NCBI GenBank assembly: GCA_963843145.1
Contig: CAWJJC010000002.1
Coordinates: 64,001 to 128,000 of the forward strand
Source of the DNA: an uncultured delta proteobacterium
GTDB taxonomy: Bacteria > Desulfobacterota > RBG-13-43-22
DNA: 64,000 nt
Direction of reading: 5' to 3'
A model generated the notes under the pieces. The model saw only the letters and a program-made list of their open reading frames with translations, was not told the DNA's origin and did no database searches. The stretch's first letter is position 1, and every line of letters starts with the position of its first letter. Both the position numbers and the translations under genes were made by a program. Of this stretch, positions 52,993 to 63,669 are shown piece after piece.

Positions 52993-53532
52993 ATGATCTA
53001 CACAACGAAACCGATATTGGGTTTAGCATTGTTTGCGGCCGTTGTTCTGGCCCTGCTGGGTACGTACCAGACAGGTTCAGCAGCGGGAATGGACCCTGCG
53101 GCCAAATGGGCCTGGAGCACTAACGCCGGCTGGATCAATTTCAACCCGATCATCGGCGGAGATGTGGCCGTGTACGGGGATCACCTGGAAGGCTATATCT
53201 GGGCCGAGAATGTCGGCTGGATTCGATTGGGAACCCACACCGGCGGCAGCCCCTATACCTATGCCAACACCGATGCCACCAACTATGGGATCAACCGCGA
53301 TCCCACTGGCATTTTGTCCGGCTATGCCTGGGGCGCCAACGTGGGCTGGATCAACTTTGCCCCCACCGGCGGCGGGGTGACCATTGACCCCCAGACCGGA
53401 GATTTTGCCGGTTACGCTTGGGGGGAGAATATGGGCTGGATCAGTCTCAAAGGAGGTAGCGGGCCCAAAGCCTACGGGGTGGTCACCGATTTTAGCCAAA
53501 TCTTTCTGCCCCTGATCCTGAAGTCATCGTGA
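52993..53532 (+). CDS. Secreted protein with four (Y/W)AWxxNxGWI-type repeats and a C-terminal IFLPLILK tag
   Basis: WAWSTNAGWINF, YIWAENVGWIRL, YAWGANVGWINF and YAWGENMGWISL; GGAGG RBS. Confidence 0.85.
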   Translation: MIYTTKPILGLALFAAVVLALLGTYQTGSAAGMDPAAKWAWSTNAGWINFNPIIGGDVAVYGDHLEGYIWAENVGWIRLGTHTGGSPYTYANTDATNYGINRDPTGILSGYAWGANVGWINFAPTGGGVTIDPQTGDFAGYAWGENMGWISLKGGSGPKAYGVVTDFSQIFLPLILKSS

Positions 53533-53854
53533 GGATTTAGCCGTTACCATCTTTCAAACCAAACAGAGAAGCAGGCAGGGGCACAAAAGGCCCTGCTTCG
53601 TCGCACAGTTCCATGCGTAATCGTTAGATCTCGGTAGCATACCGGCAAAACATTTGTAGGTGAATTCAATGAGGCCAGAAATATTATTTAAAATTGAAGA
53701 AATTATGTATTGGTCTCTGGAGGATACTTTTCTCATTTATTGGTTTATTTTCAGGTCCCTTTTCCCGACCATCCGGCAGACTTTTTATTTGCCTTTGAAC
53801 TCTTCATAATGGGGGGACCCCCATTAACCTCCAATCCTACCAAGGAGGTACCGT

Positions 53855-54693
53855 ATGAAGACCAAAGAGGCCATTACCTTGTTCCAAACCTATCAACGGT
53901 CCAGTCATCGAAAAAGGACCCTACAGAGCTATCTGCCGATGCTCAACCAGTTCAAGGCCCTGTACGGGGAAACGGTATTTGAAAATCTTGGGTCCGATGA
54001 GGTATACCGCTTCCTGGAGAAGCCTGACCCAGGGCTTGGCCCGATCAACCCGGAGACTACGGTATGCCCAGTTAAAATCCCTTTTCAATTTTGTGATCAA
54101 CCGGTGCGATCTGGACATGAAAAACCCCTGCAATACCTCATTGCTCTCGAAAACCTTCCGGACCCCGAAACAAAGTCCCAGGAGAATTTTCGAAAAAGAG
54201 GCAATAGACGAGATCATCTACAACACCAAAAACCTCCGGGACCGGTTGATCCTGGAACTCCAGGCCGTGTGGGCTTCGGGTCGGGGAATCCTTAAAGATC
54301 AAGGTATCGGATATCTCGGAGAGGAAAATAGTCCTCCGGGAGCCGAAGTCCGGGAAGGAGGCCGAAGTGGCCTATATGCCGGAGCCTATTGCCAAGCGAT
54401 TGGAGGAATATATCCGGAACAAAAAGCTGGGGCCGGATGATCGTCTTTTTCCGGTTTCTTATTCAACGGTCAGGTCAATGATAAAAAGTCTTGGTTCCCA
54501 GCTTAAAATTTCGATCAGGCCCCATGACCTCCGGCGGCATTCAGCCACTTATGCCAGCCGGAATGGGGTCCCCCTGGAGATCGTCTCCAAGGTGATCCTG
54601 AGGCACCAGGACCTGAAGACTACCCAGGCCTATTTGGGCAAGGTGAGCGAGACGGAAGCCATCCGGTGGATGGATATCATTCACGGAAAGTAG
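53855..54693 (+). CDS. Tyrosine recombinase/integrase, copy 1 (frameshifted at ~54020 and ~54266)
   Basis: Colinear with 62448-63287 except one inserted and two deleted bases; HDLRRH and LRHQDLKTTQAY motifs. Confidence 0.88.
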
Positions 54694-55276
54694 GCAGGTT
54701 AACCTTTGATTACCATTATAAATCTGGAGGTTTTGGGGGTATTTTTGGGGCGGTCTGGGAGAGGTTTTTAGGGAGACCGGGGGCTATCCGAAGAATAGCT
54801 TCCTGAAATCGTGACCTTTTTGCGATTTTAAAAATATCAGAAGAGTACAAGGCGTAATCGACGATAAATGGGTCTTGATCTTTATCGCCCTCGGAAATGG
54901 CAACAAGGCATGGGTTAAACCAAATTATTAACGGTCTCATAATTGTATTTACACGGGGTGTTCTTTTTATCTCTCGCCCGCTTGGCTCGAGTTCGCCGAG
55001 GGCGCAGAGAAAGACGAATTTCCTTTTTGAAAAATCGCGGAGACGCCGATTTTCCAAAAGAACTCACGCCTCAGGCGGGGTCTTATTCGCGGAGCGGGAG
55101 ATTTTGTCTTTGGTTGTGGCTGGGCGGCGTTAAGAAATCCTGTCAATATTATTTTGAGACCGTTAATAAGTATATTGGGCAAAGTAGGCTAAATAAAAAT
55201 TAGATATCAGCAAGAAAGGTATAATGTTCAGCCTTCCAAGCACAATAAACTTAAGTGGTTACGTTTAGGTGTATTT

Positions 55277-57136
55277 CCTAAATCCACCACCTAATTTTTG
55301 ACAGATCGATATTCCTATTTTTAAATGCTATTTTTACTGGCGGTTAAAGCCTATGGCCCCGGAGGAGGCCCTGCTTGCTCAATTATTTATAAAAAAACAA
55401 CCTCCATTAGCTCGGTGGGCACAAGAATGGGCGCATTTCATCCTTTTCCTGGAAAATTACCCTGACCATCACCAAACGAATCCTTTTAGGTTAATTGGGT
55501 GCCCAATTACCCTGAGGACACCGGATCAAGGGCCATGATCCGGCCTCTGGCCTCCAGAAGAAGATCAAACGCCGGATGTCCTTTCACCAACCGAATGATC
55601 AATTCTCGGGAACGTTCAACAATGCGCCCGGGTAGGTTAATAAACGAAAACCGAATCGCCTTCATTCGCTTGGATACCCAGGACTTCCCTAAAACCAACT
55701 GCTTCATGACGCTATTAAGGTTCAAGGCCAAAATCATGATCCAAAACCAGGCGGCATTCTCACCAAAATCACCAGAAGGTAATTGCCCTCCGGCCAAATC
55801 TCCTTTCATTACCGAATGGGCCTCCTCGGACTTCCCACAACGCTTTCGATGCCAGTCAATCAAGGCCCCCCCCATCCCAATTCATGTTCGTCACCACCCC
55901 GAAAAGCTTGTACCCTTGCCTGCCCATTTGCATCGTCGGAAAAGGTAACGACTGCTGTAATGCGGCCATCCCTGGCAGCGTCATCGACCCCATCCCCTCC
56001 CGGATGGCCAAGTACCGATACACCGGGGACTTCTTACTATAGCCCATCTTTCCGGGAACAAAACAAACCTCGGCCCATTCCTGATTCGTCTTGATCCGAT
56101 ACCCTTCCGACCTCCTTGTAAATCACCTTCCATTCTGATTCCTCTACTTCCAAAACCGCCCTCTTAAACTCCGGGGTCACATCACAGCCAATCGCAAACT
56201 CGATCCGACCAAATCGCTCCTCCTTCCCTTCTTCACAGTATCGGAGTAGCTCATGCTGATATCCCGCCGTGTCGGAACGTAATCGGACTTTCTCAACCCC
56301 TTCCGGCAGTAAAGCCAACGCCTCCTTCAATGACCCGCAATTGCTCATATCCCGCCGGAACATTCCCATCCCGAAACTCCGTATGCAAGACCATCTCCTG
56401 TTCCGCCCACCAGGTGTTCAATGGCTGGTAGGCTTTGTATCCTTTGTAGCCATATAAAGCCTCCCGCTTCGCCGTCTCCACCAAGGTCGCATCCTGATCC
56501 AGCGTCGCTACCTTTTGGGGATTCTGCTTCTGCATAAAATCAACCATTTCTCCGTTCACCTTCTCTAATCCCCTCAGAGCCTCATTCTTGACCGGTATGA
56601 ACGCCTTCCCCTCCACTCGTTTCTTCTCTTGCTCCGCATCGTGAAATAATGACAAATATCGAAAAACTGCAGAGGCGGAAGGCACCGTTCGTCTCCGTTC
56701 CTTTCGCCAACGACGCTCCGCCTCCCGTCTCTCCTGTCGTTTCATCCCTTTGTGTTCTATTCGCCTTAATACCTGACAAAATCCATCATCCCCCTCCAAC
56801 CGGCGTAAATCCTCCACACAATCCCCGCCCGCAAGATTCATCAATATCAACGAGAGTACCGTCTGGGCATCCGTCCAGCCTTGCTTCTTTAGGTGTAAAT
56901 GCCTCTCTATGCTGCCCGCCTATCCCCATCACCGAAGCTAAATCCAGATAAACCGGCAATCCCCCCAACGCCGTCATCCCCGTCTCTTTCTTCTCTTCTT
57001 CGTACTTGAATGAGAGAACTCCTTGTGTCATACTGCCTTCACCTCGTTGATGATAGTTTTTTCTTGTAAAAAAACTCTATCACCTCGTTCCATCGAGATC
57101 AACGAGGTTTTATATTTTTTTGATGGTGAATTAAGG
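55277..57136 (-). mobile_element. IS1380-family insertion sequence
   Basis: Imperfect 14-bp terminal IRs (CCTAAATCCACCAC / ATGGTGAATTAAGG) flanked by a 5-bp TATTT target duplication. Confidence 0.88.
55507..57031 (-). pseudogene. IS1380-family DDE transposase, several frameshifts
   Basis: Fragments TALGGLP, TLDQDAT, EFRDGNVPA, RLRSDTAGY and WHRKRCGKSEEAHSVMK...LPSGDFGENAAW. Confidence 0.85.
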
Positions 57137-57231
57137 TATTTTTGCTTTTATTGAATATGCTGAAACTTTCTGATATTATCCAGGAAACCGTTCAATGAAT
57201 TGGGCGTCGTTAACTAGAAAGGGAGTGAATC

Positions 57232-58102
57232 GTGATTCGTCAGACCATCCTTATCATCGCGTGGGTTCTCGTCAGCGCTGTCCCAGGATTGCTCGCTGCA
57301 GATTTGAACCCTCCAATTCTTCGTACTTCACAGTTCGATCAGCAATGGCTTGACACCGTCGTATCAATTGAACGACAGGTCGAAAAAAAAATGGTTCCGA
57401 TCGGTACTGGCTTCATCGTAGCGACTGCTCGTAAGCACCTACTCCTTGTCACCGCGAAGCACGTCGTTAAAGACGAAAAGGGAGGATTTCGGGGTGATCT
57501 CTTTTATCGCCTAAATCGAGCTGGCGGCTCTAGCCAACAGCTAAAGGATGCTGATCTCGTCAAAGCTGGCATAGGCGCTTGGTTCGAGTCCCCCAAAATG
57601 ATGTTGCAGTCCGCTTCTTGCCCATTGTCCAGGGCGCGTCGGTGAAAGCGATACCCCCTTGACCGCTTTATCGAACAAACACAGGTCGAGGCTGGGGCTC
57701 CGCTGGTGGCGCTTGGATTCCCAATGGGGCTACGCTCTCTGGATCATGCCTTGCCGATCGCCCGTCGGGGGATGATCGGGCCGCGCGGGCTCCAATTCGC
57801 TCCTGGCAGACCTCTTTATCTTTCCCGGAAACAGTGGCGGGCCTGTGCTGTATGTGCCAGCATTCAAGACCGGTGGGGTCTCCTTTGGCGAGGGGGTCGT
57901 TCATAACGAGATGCTCGTCGGCATTGTGTTGTCGTTCATCCCGTACCGAGATGTTGCGGTAAGCGAGCAAACTAAGCGTCCCAGGGTCGTGTTCGAAGAG
58001 AATTCGGGCTTGGCAAACCTGGTACCAGCGTGGGTCTTGAAACGGTTCATCACGACGGGATCTGTCGACTCTCTCGATCAGCAACTCGGCCTACCGAAGT
58101 AG
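57232..58102 (+). pseudogene. Secreted trypsin-like serine protease, frameshifted (pseudogene or assembly error)
   Basis: Signal peptide; GTGF, VTAKHVV, LGFP.G and FPGNSGGPV motifs spread over different frames. Confidence 0.8.
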
Positions 58103-58108
58103 GTCCCC

Positions 58109-58211
58109 CGCCAACCAGCAAATGAACCCGATAAGCAACCACGGGGCAAGTCTCCCGATTTTATCCCAAAGTTCTTAGCCGTGGTTGCTTGCGGGTTATC
58201 CGCCCGCTACT
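58109..58211 (+). other. attC-like (integron cassette) palindromic site
   Basis: CGCCAAC just after the stop; stem AACCCG.TAAGCAACCACGG / CCGTGGTTGCTT.CGGGTT; right core degenerate. Confidence 0.55.
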
Positions 58212-58558
58212 CTAACTTTCAAACCGCAATCATTAAATTTCAGTTCAGTTCCTGATCAACATTTGTAGGTGTGTAGGTGTACAGAGAAATTATGGGGTGA
58301 GGAGGCAGTTTTTTGAGGGATATCAAGATGTTCTTCCTGAAGTCATGTTTTTGATGAATGGGCCATTTTGGAAGACTTCAAACGAAAAGTGTTGCTCGAA
58401 CTCCCACCTTGCTCTTCCCACCCAACGAAATTAAAGTCCTACTTACGAGGCAAAAAATAGTGTATACTTCTGTTCATTCTAAGTTCATAACAATCGAATA
58501 ACCCTCTTCCAGTTTTGCCACTACACTTTTAGGGAGGGCACACAGATGAGAGATTTCT

Positions 58559-58596
58559 GGAAACCCCGTTTCTCAAACGAGAGGCGGGGTTTTTTG
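58559..58596 (+). terminator. Leader hairpin plus T-tract upstream of a cargo gene (copy 2)
   Basis: GGAAACCCCGTTTCTCAAACGAGAGGCGGGGTTTTTTG. Confidence 0.6.
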
Positions 58597-58610
58597 CTGG
58601 AGGGTTTATT

Positions 58611-61600
58611 TTGATTTGTCCCAAGTGTCGAACCGACCTTCCTGAGGGGGCAAATTTCTGCCTGAAGTGTGGGCATGACCTTAAGGCAGACACTGCTGCT
58701 CCCGAACCTCACCACGCTCCTGAAGCTGAGCGCAAGCACGTTACCGTCCTGTTCTCGGATCTCACCGGTTACACGGCCCTGACGGAGAAGTTTGACCCCG
58801 AGCAGGTCAAGCAAATAACCGGACACATCTTCACCAGGGTCAAAGAGATCGTTGCCAATTACGAGGGCTTCATTGATCGATTGATGGGTGACGGGGTGCT
58901 GGCCTTTTTCGGAATCCCGAAGGCCCACGAAGACGACCCGGGCCGGGCCGTTCAGGCCGCCATCGAGATCCATGCCTTCGTCAAAGGGCTCAGTCCCCAA
59001 TACGAAAGCCGCATCGGGGTTCCCCTGTCCATGCACAGTGGGATCAATACTGGTCTGGTGGTGACGGCCGAGGTGGACCTTGAGAAAGGTTCCCAGGAGG
59101 TAACGGGGGAGGCGGTCAACCTGGCCGCGCGCCTCAGCGGTCTGGCCAAACCCGGTGAAATCCTGGCGGGTGAGGAGACGGTGCGGCGGACCAGAGGGCG
59201 GTTCGAGTTTCAGGACCTGGGGGCCAAACGGGTCAAAGGGAAGGCCGAACCGGTTATCGTATTTAGGCTGATTTCCGCCAGAGCTCAAACGCAAAGCCTG
59301 GATCGCCAAGTCTCTTCCGTCATGGTGGGTCGGGACCAGGAGTTGAACCGGCTTGAGTTGCAGGTGATGAAGTCCATCAACGGTGAAGGGTCGGTGGTGA
59401 ATATCATAGGGGAAGCGGGCATCGGGAAATCCCGCCTCATGGCCGAGCTGCGCCAGCGCGAGGTTATACAAAAAGTCATCCTCCAGGAAGGCCGGGCCAT
59501 CTCCATCGGCCGGAACCTGAGTTTTCACCCCTTCATCTATCTGTTGAAACAGTGGGCCAGGATCTCCGAAGAGGACTCGGAAGGCTGCCGCCTTCGACAA
59601 GCTGGACCGGACCATCCGGTCGATCCACCCGGAAGAGGCCGATGAAATACTGCCCTTCGTGGCCACCCTCATGAGCATGAAGCTGAAGGGGAAATACTGC
59701 TGAACGAGTCCGGGGAATCGAAGGCGAGGCCCTGGAGAAGCTGATCTTCAAAAACCTCCGCGAGTTGCTCATCCAGGGGAGCGAACAAACCCCGCTGGTC
59801 ATCGTCATGGAGGACCTGCATTGGGCCGATACAAGCTCCCTTTTACTCCTGCAATCCCTCCTCCGCCTGACCGAGAAACATCGGATTCTCTTCATCAACC
59901 TGTTCCGGCCCGGCTACTGGCAGGGAGAGGACGGGTCCATGGAAAAGATCGGCGACCTGCTGCCCAAACACTACGTGGAGCTGAAAATCCAGCCCCTGGA
60001 CCCGCAGGCCGGCGAGGCCCTCATTGCCAACCTGCTGAACATCCCGGGGCTGCCCTATTCCCTCCGACAGCAGATCATCGAACGGAGCGGCGGCAACCCC
60101 TTTTTTATCGAAGAAGTGGCCCGCTCCCTGATCGAAGACGGGGCCATCATCCGTTCCGGCGAGTCCTTTGAAGTGACTGATAAGATCACCTCGGTAGTGG
60201 TCCCCTCGACCATCAACGATGTGCTGATCGCTCGGATCGACCGCTTGGAAGAACAGACCCGGGAGTTGGTCAAAACGGCCGCGGTGATCGGACGGAGTTT
60301 CTTCGACCGGATCATCAGGGATGTGGCCGCTTCGATCGACGGGCTGGACCATCGACTGGGCTACCTCAAGGATACCCAACTGATCCGGGACCGGGTGCGG
60401 ATGGAAGAGTTGGAGTATTTCTTCAAACACGCCCTTGCCCAGGAGGCGGCCTACGAATCCACCCTCATCCAGCAGCGCAAGGGCTTGCATCTCAAGGTGG
60501 CGAAGTCTATAGAAAAGGTCTTCCAAGAGAGACTCCACGAGTTCTACGGCCTGTTGGCCTTTCACTACGGGAAAGGGGAAGACCTGGAAAAGACGGAAGA
60601 ATACATGGCCAAGGCCGGGGAGGAAGCCCTGTGGGCGTCCGCCTCCAGTGAGGCCCTGCACTACTACCAGGAGGCTTTGAGACTCTATGTGAACAAACAG
60701 GGCCAGGCCGCCGACCCGGAAAAGCTGGCCCAGTACGAGAAAAACATTGCCATTGCCCTGGCCAGTAAAGGGCAGCTTGTCGAATCCGTCAAATACTTCG
60801 AAAAGGTGCTGGACCGCTGGGGGGCGCCACTGCCAAAAAAAGGCCTGGCCGCTATGGTTAGACTCATCGGTGATTTTTTGGTTATTATCAAGGCGCTCTA
60901 TATTGGTCAGCACCGAACCAGGAAGGCGCTTAACGAAAGGGAAAACGAAATATTAGAGTGCTCCTGGAGAGTCGCCACAGCGCTCAGCTATTTCGATGTT
61001 TTCCAGTATATGAAGGTTTCCATGGGCACTATGAAGAGACACATTAGAACCGGCATTTCAACCCTGCCTAATGGATGGAACGCTTGGGTGGCAATATCCG
61101 GGGCTTTTTTATGGCTTTCCTTTAAGCTCAGTAACCGGATGCTGGAGATCTCACAACGGCTTGGGAAGGCGGTAGATATCGGAGGCCGAATTCATTTTGC
61201 TTGCTGGAGCACTTTTAACCAGCACTGTCAGGGAACCTGGGACCAGATCAAGGAGATGGATAGAGATTTATTGGATTCTTCGCTTGGAATTGGAGAATTC
61301 TATAACTATGGAACCTATTTGTGGTCTTATGGCGTGGTTAAAGGGGAACAGGGGGAGTTTAAGGAGGTGCTGCAGATAATTGAAACTTTATTCAATAGCT
61401 GGTCAGTCCTATGACAAAAGCGAAATTACGTTAAATGCCATAGGCCTGAAAATAGATTTTTTGGTCCGGAAGAGGGTGGCCTATGATTTCCTGTATGGAA
61501 GCTGATCAGTTTTTTCTATATGCCCGCGAAAAAGGGACCGAACTCCATGAGCTTGGGGGGCATGGCATTCAAGGCTGAATCCCAGATACTACTCAGCGAT

Positions 61601-62164
61601 TGGGACGGGGCCAACGAATCGCTGTCACAAGCCAAGGCGATTTATGATAGGCAGAAGCGGATCATCCCTGTTGCCGCTGCCCCTTATCTTGCGGCACATC
61701 TATTGTTTAATATCCATCGCTTGGAACAGGCTGTCCTTTCGGGGGATTCCTCGAACCTGGCTCCTATCCGCAAGCAGGCCTATCAGTCCGGCCAAGCAGC
61801 GGTCCGAAATTCACGCAAATACGCCCCTTACCGGACCAAGATCTTCAGACTGATGGGGCGCTACTACTGGCTGGTCGGCAAGCAGCGCCAGGCGCTTAAG
61901 TGGTGGGCGCGGACCATCCGGGAAGGCGAACGACTCGGGGCACGCCCCGATCTGGCCCGCACCTATTTTGAGGTGGGCAAATCCCTGATAGAACCTCAAA
62001 GCAACTACCGGGAACTCAACGGCCTCAGCGCCCAAGAATATCTGGACAAGGCCGAGAAGCTGTTCCGGGAGATGGACCTCCAATGGGACTTGGAGCAACT
62101 GGAACGGGTGGGCAGTGCGTGGTTAGACTTCGAGTCCGGCAGCAAACAGATTCTTGCACGCTGA
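58611..62164 (+). CDS. Class III adenylate/guanylate cyclase with N-terminal zinc ribbon, AAA (STAND-type) ATPase and TPR-like C-terminus; several frameshifts
   Basis: CPKC...FCLKCG, ERKHVTVLFSDL.GYT, GDGVLAFFG, GEAVNLAARL, GEAGIGKSRL, EDLHWAD, GNPFFIEE and FKHAL motifs. Confidence 0.85.
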
Positions 62165-62447
62165 AAAAGAATTGCGATTAATGAACCCTTAAGGATGATG
62201 AACATTTTTAACCGTAATCGTTGAATCTTGTGTTCGGTAAAAAACAACAGTTGTAGGTGCATTCAACGAAACCTTAAATATAAAGTAAAATTAGTTATTT
62301 AAGAAAATGACCTTTGAGGGATTCCCGTTTTTTAGGTTATATTTGCCGGGTCATTTTCAGACCATACCTCAGCCTTTTTATTTGCCTTTGAAATCCTCAT
62401 AATGGGGGGACCCCCATTAACCTCCAACCCCACCGAGGAGGTGCCGT

Positions 62448-63287
62448 ATGAAGACCAAAGAGGCTATTACCTTGTTCCAAACCTATCAGCGGTCCAGTCA
62501 CCGGAAAAGGACCCTTCAGAGCTATCTGCCGATGCTCAACCAGTTCAAGGCCCTGTACGGGGATACGGTATTCGAAAATCTCGGGTCTGATGAGGTATAC
62601 CGCTTCCTGGAGAGCCTGACCCAGGGTTTGGCCCGATCAACCCGTAGACTCCGGTATGCCCAGCTCAAGTCCCTTTTCAATTTTGTCATCAACCGGTGCG
62701 ACCTGGACATGAAAAACCCCTGCAACACCTCGCTGCTCTCCAAGACCTTCCGGACCCCGAAACAGAGCCCCAGGAGAATTTTCGAAAAAGAGGCGATCCA
62801 TGAGATTATCTACAACACCAAAAACCTCCGAGACCGGTTGATCCTGGAACTCCAGGCTCGCTGTGGGCTTCGGGTCGGGGAGTCTTTAAAGATCAAGGTA
62901 TCGGATATCTCGGAGAGGAAAATAGTCCTCCGGGAGCCGAAGTCCGGGAAAGATGCCGAGGTGGCCTATATGCCGGAGCCGATTGCCAAGCGTTTGGAGG
63001 AATATGTCCGAACCCAAAAACTGGGGCCGGATGATCGTCTTTTCCCGGTTTCTTATTCAACGGTCAGGTCATTGATCAAAAGCCTTGGGTCCCAGCTTAA
63101 AATTTCGATCAGGCCCCATGACCTCCGGCGGCATTCGGCCACTTATGCCAGTCGAAATGGGGTCCCCTTGGAGATTGTCTCCAAGGTCATTTTGAGGCAC
63201 CAGGACTTGAAGACCACCCAGGCCTATTTGGGCAGGGTGAGCGAGACGGAAGCCATCCGGTGGATGGACATCATTCACGGGAAGTAG
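62448..63287 (+). CDS. Tyrosine recombinase/integrase, copy 2 (intact)
   Basis: Catalytic residues in GLRVGE, PKSG, HDLRRH and RHQDLKTTQAY; GGAGG RBS. Confidence 0.93.
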   Translation: MKTKEAITLFQTYQRSSHRKRTLQSYLPMLNQFKALYGDTVFENLGSDEVYRFLESLTQGLARSTRRLRYAQLKSLFNFVINRCDLDMKNPCNTSLLSKTFRTPKQSPRRIFEKEAIHEIIYNTKNLRDRLILELQARCGLRVGESLKIKVSDISERKIVLREPKSGKDAEVAYMPEPIAKRLEEYVRTQKLGPDDRLFPVSYSTVRSLIKSLGSQLKISIRPHDLRRHSATYASRNGVPLEIVSKVILRHQDLKTTQAYLGRVSETEAIRWMDIIHGK

Positions 63288-63547
63288 GCAGGTTAACCTG
63301 TTGATTACCATTATAAATATGGAGGTTTTGGGGGTGTTTTTGAGGCGGCCTGGTGGAGGTTTTTAGGGAGACCGGGGGCTATCCGAAGAATAGCTTCCTG
63401 TAGTTTTGTTTTAGAATTATGGCCTGACCTGCCAGATTTCAAACGAAAATTATTAGTCATCACCCAAATAGACACGGTGAAGGTATCCCCAGCTTTTTTC
63501 CACGAGCCTATCCCTACCAGGATCAATAAAATACTCTTTTTGCCTTA

Positions 63548-63576
63548 TTGACATTGAGTCTTTCCCGATCAATAAT
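63548..63576 (+). promoter_or_regulatory. Possible sigma70 promoter for the last cargo gene
   Basis: TTGACA-17 bp-AATAAT. Confidence 0.4.
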
Positions 63577-63669
63577 TCATTAATATTATGAAGATACTAA
63601 TATTTCCAGGTTAGGGGTCCTGCTGTAAGTTTGAATAAACCACTATTGAGCGATGGAGGCCTGTCAGCG

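Noticed and set aside
54965-55135. Possible attC or separate element (hairpin TTTTGAAAAATCG...CGATTTTCCAAAA, ending GGCGGCGTTAAG)
   Set aside because: It is single-copy in the window with no matching left core or upstream ORF; too weak to call.
62448-63287. Integrase as integron IntI or XerC/D
   Set aside because: It is short (279 aa), has no visible IntI-specific insertion, reads HDLRRH/LRH rather than HxLRHS/LGH, and occurs in two copies.
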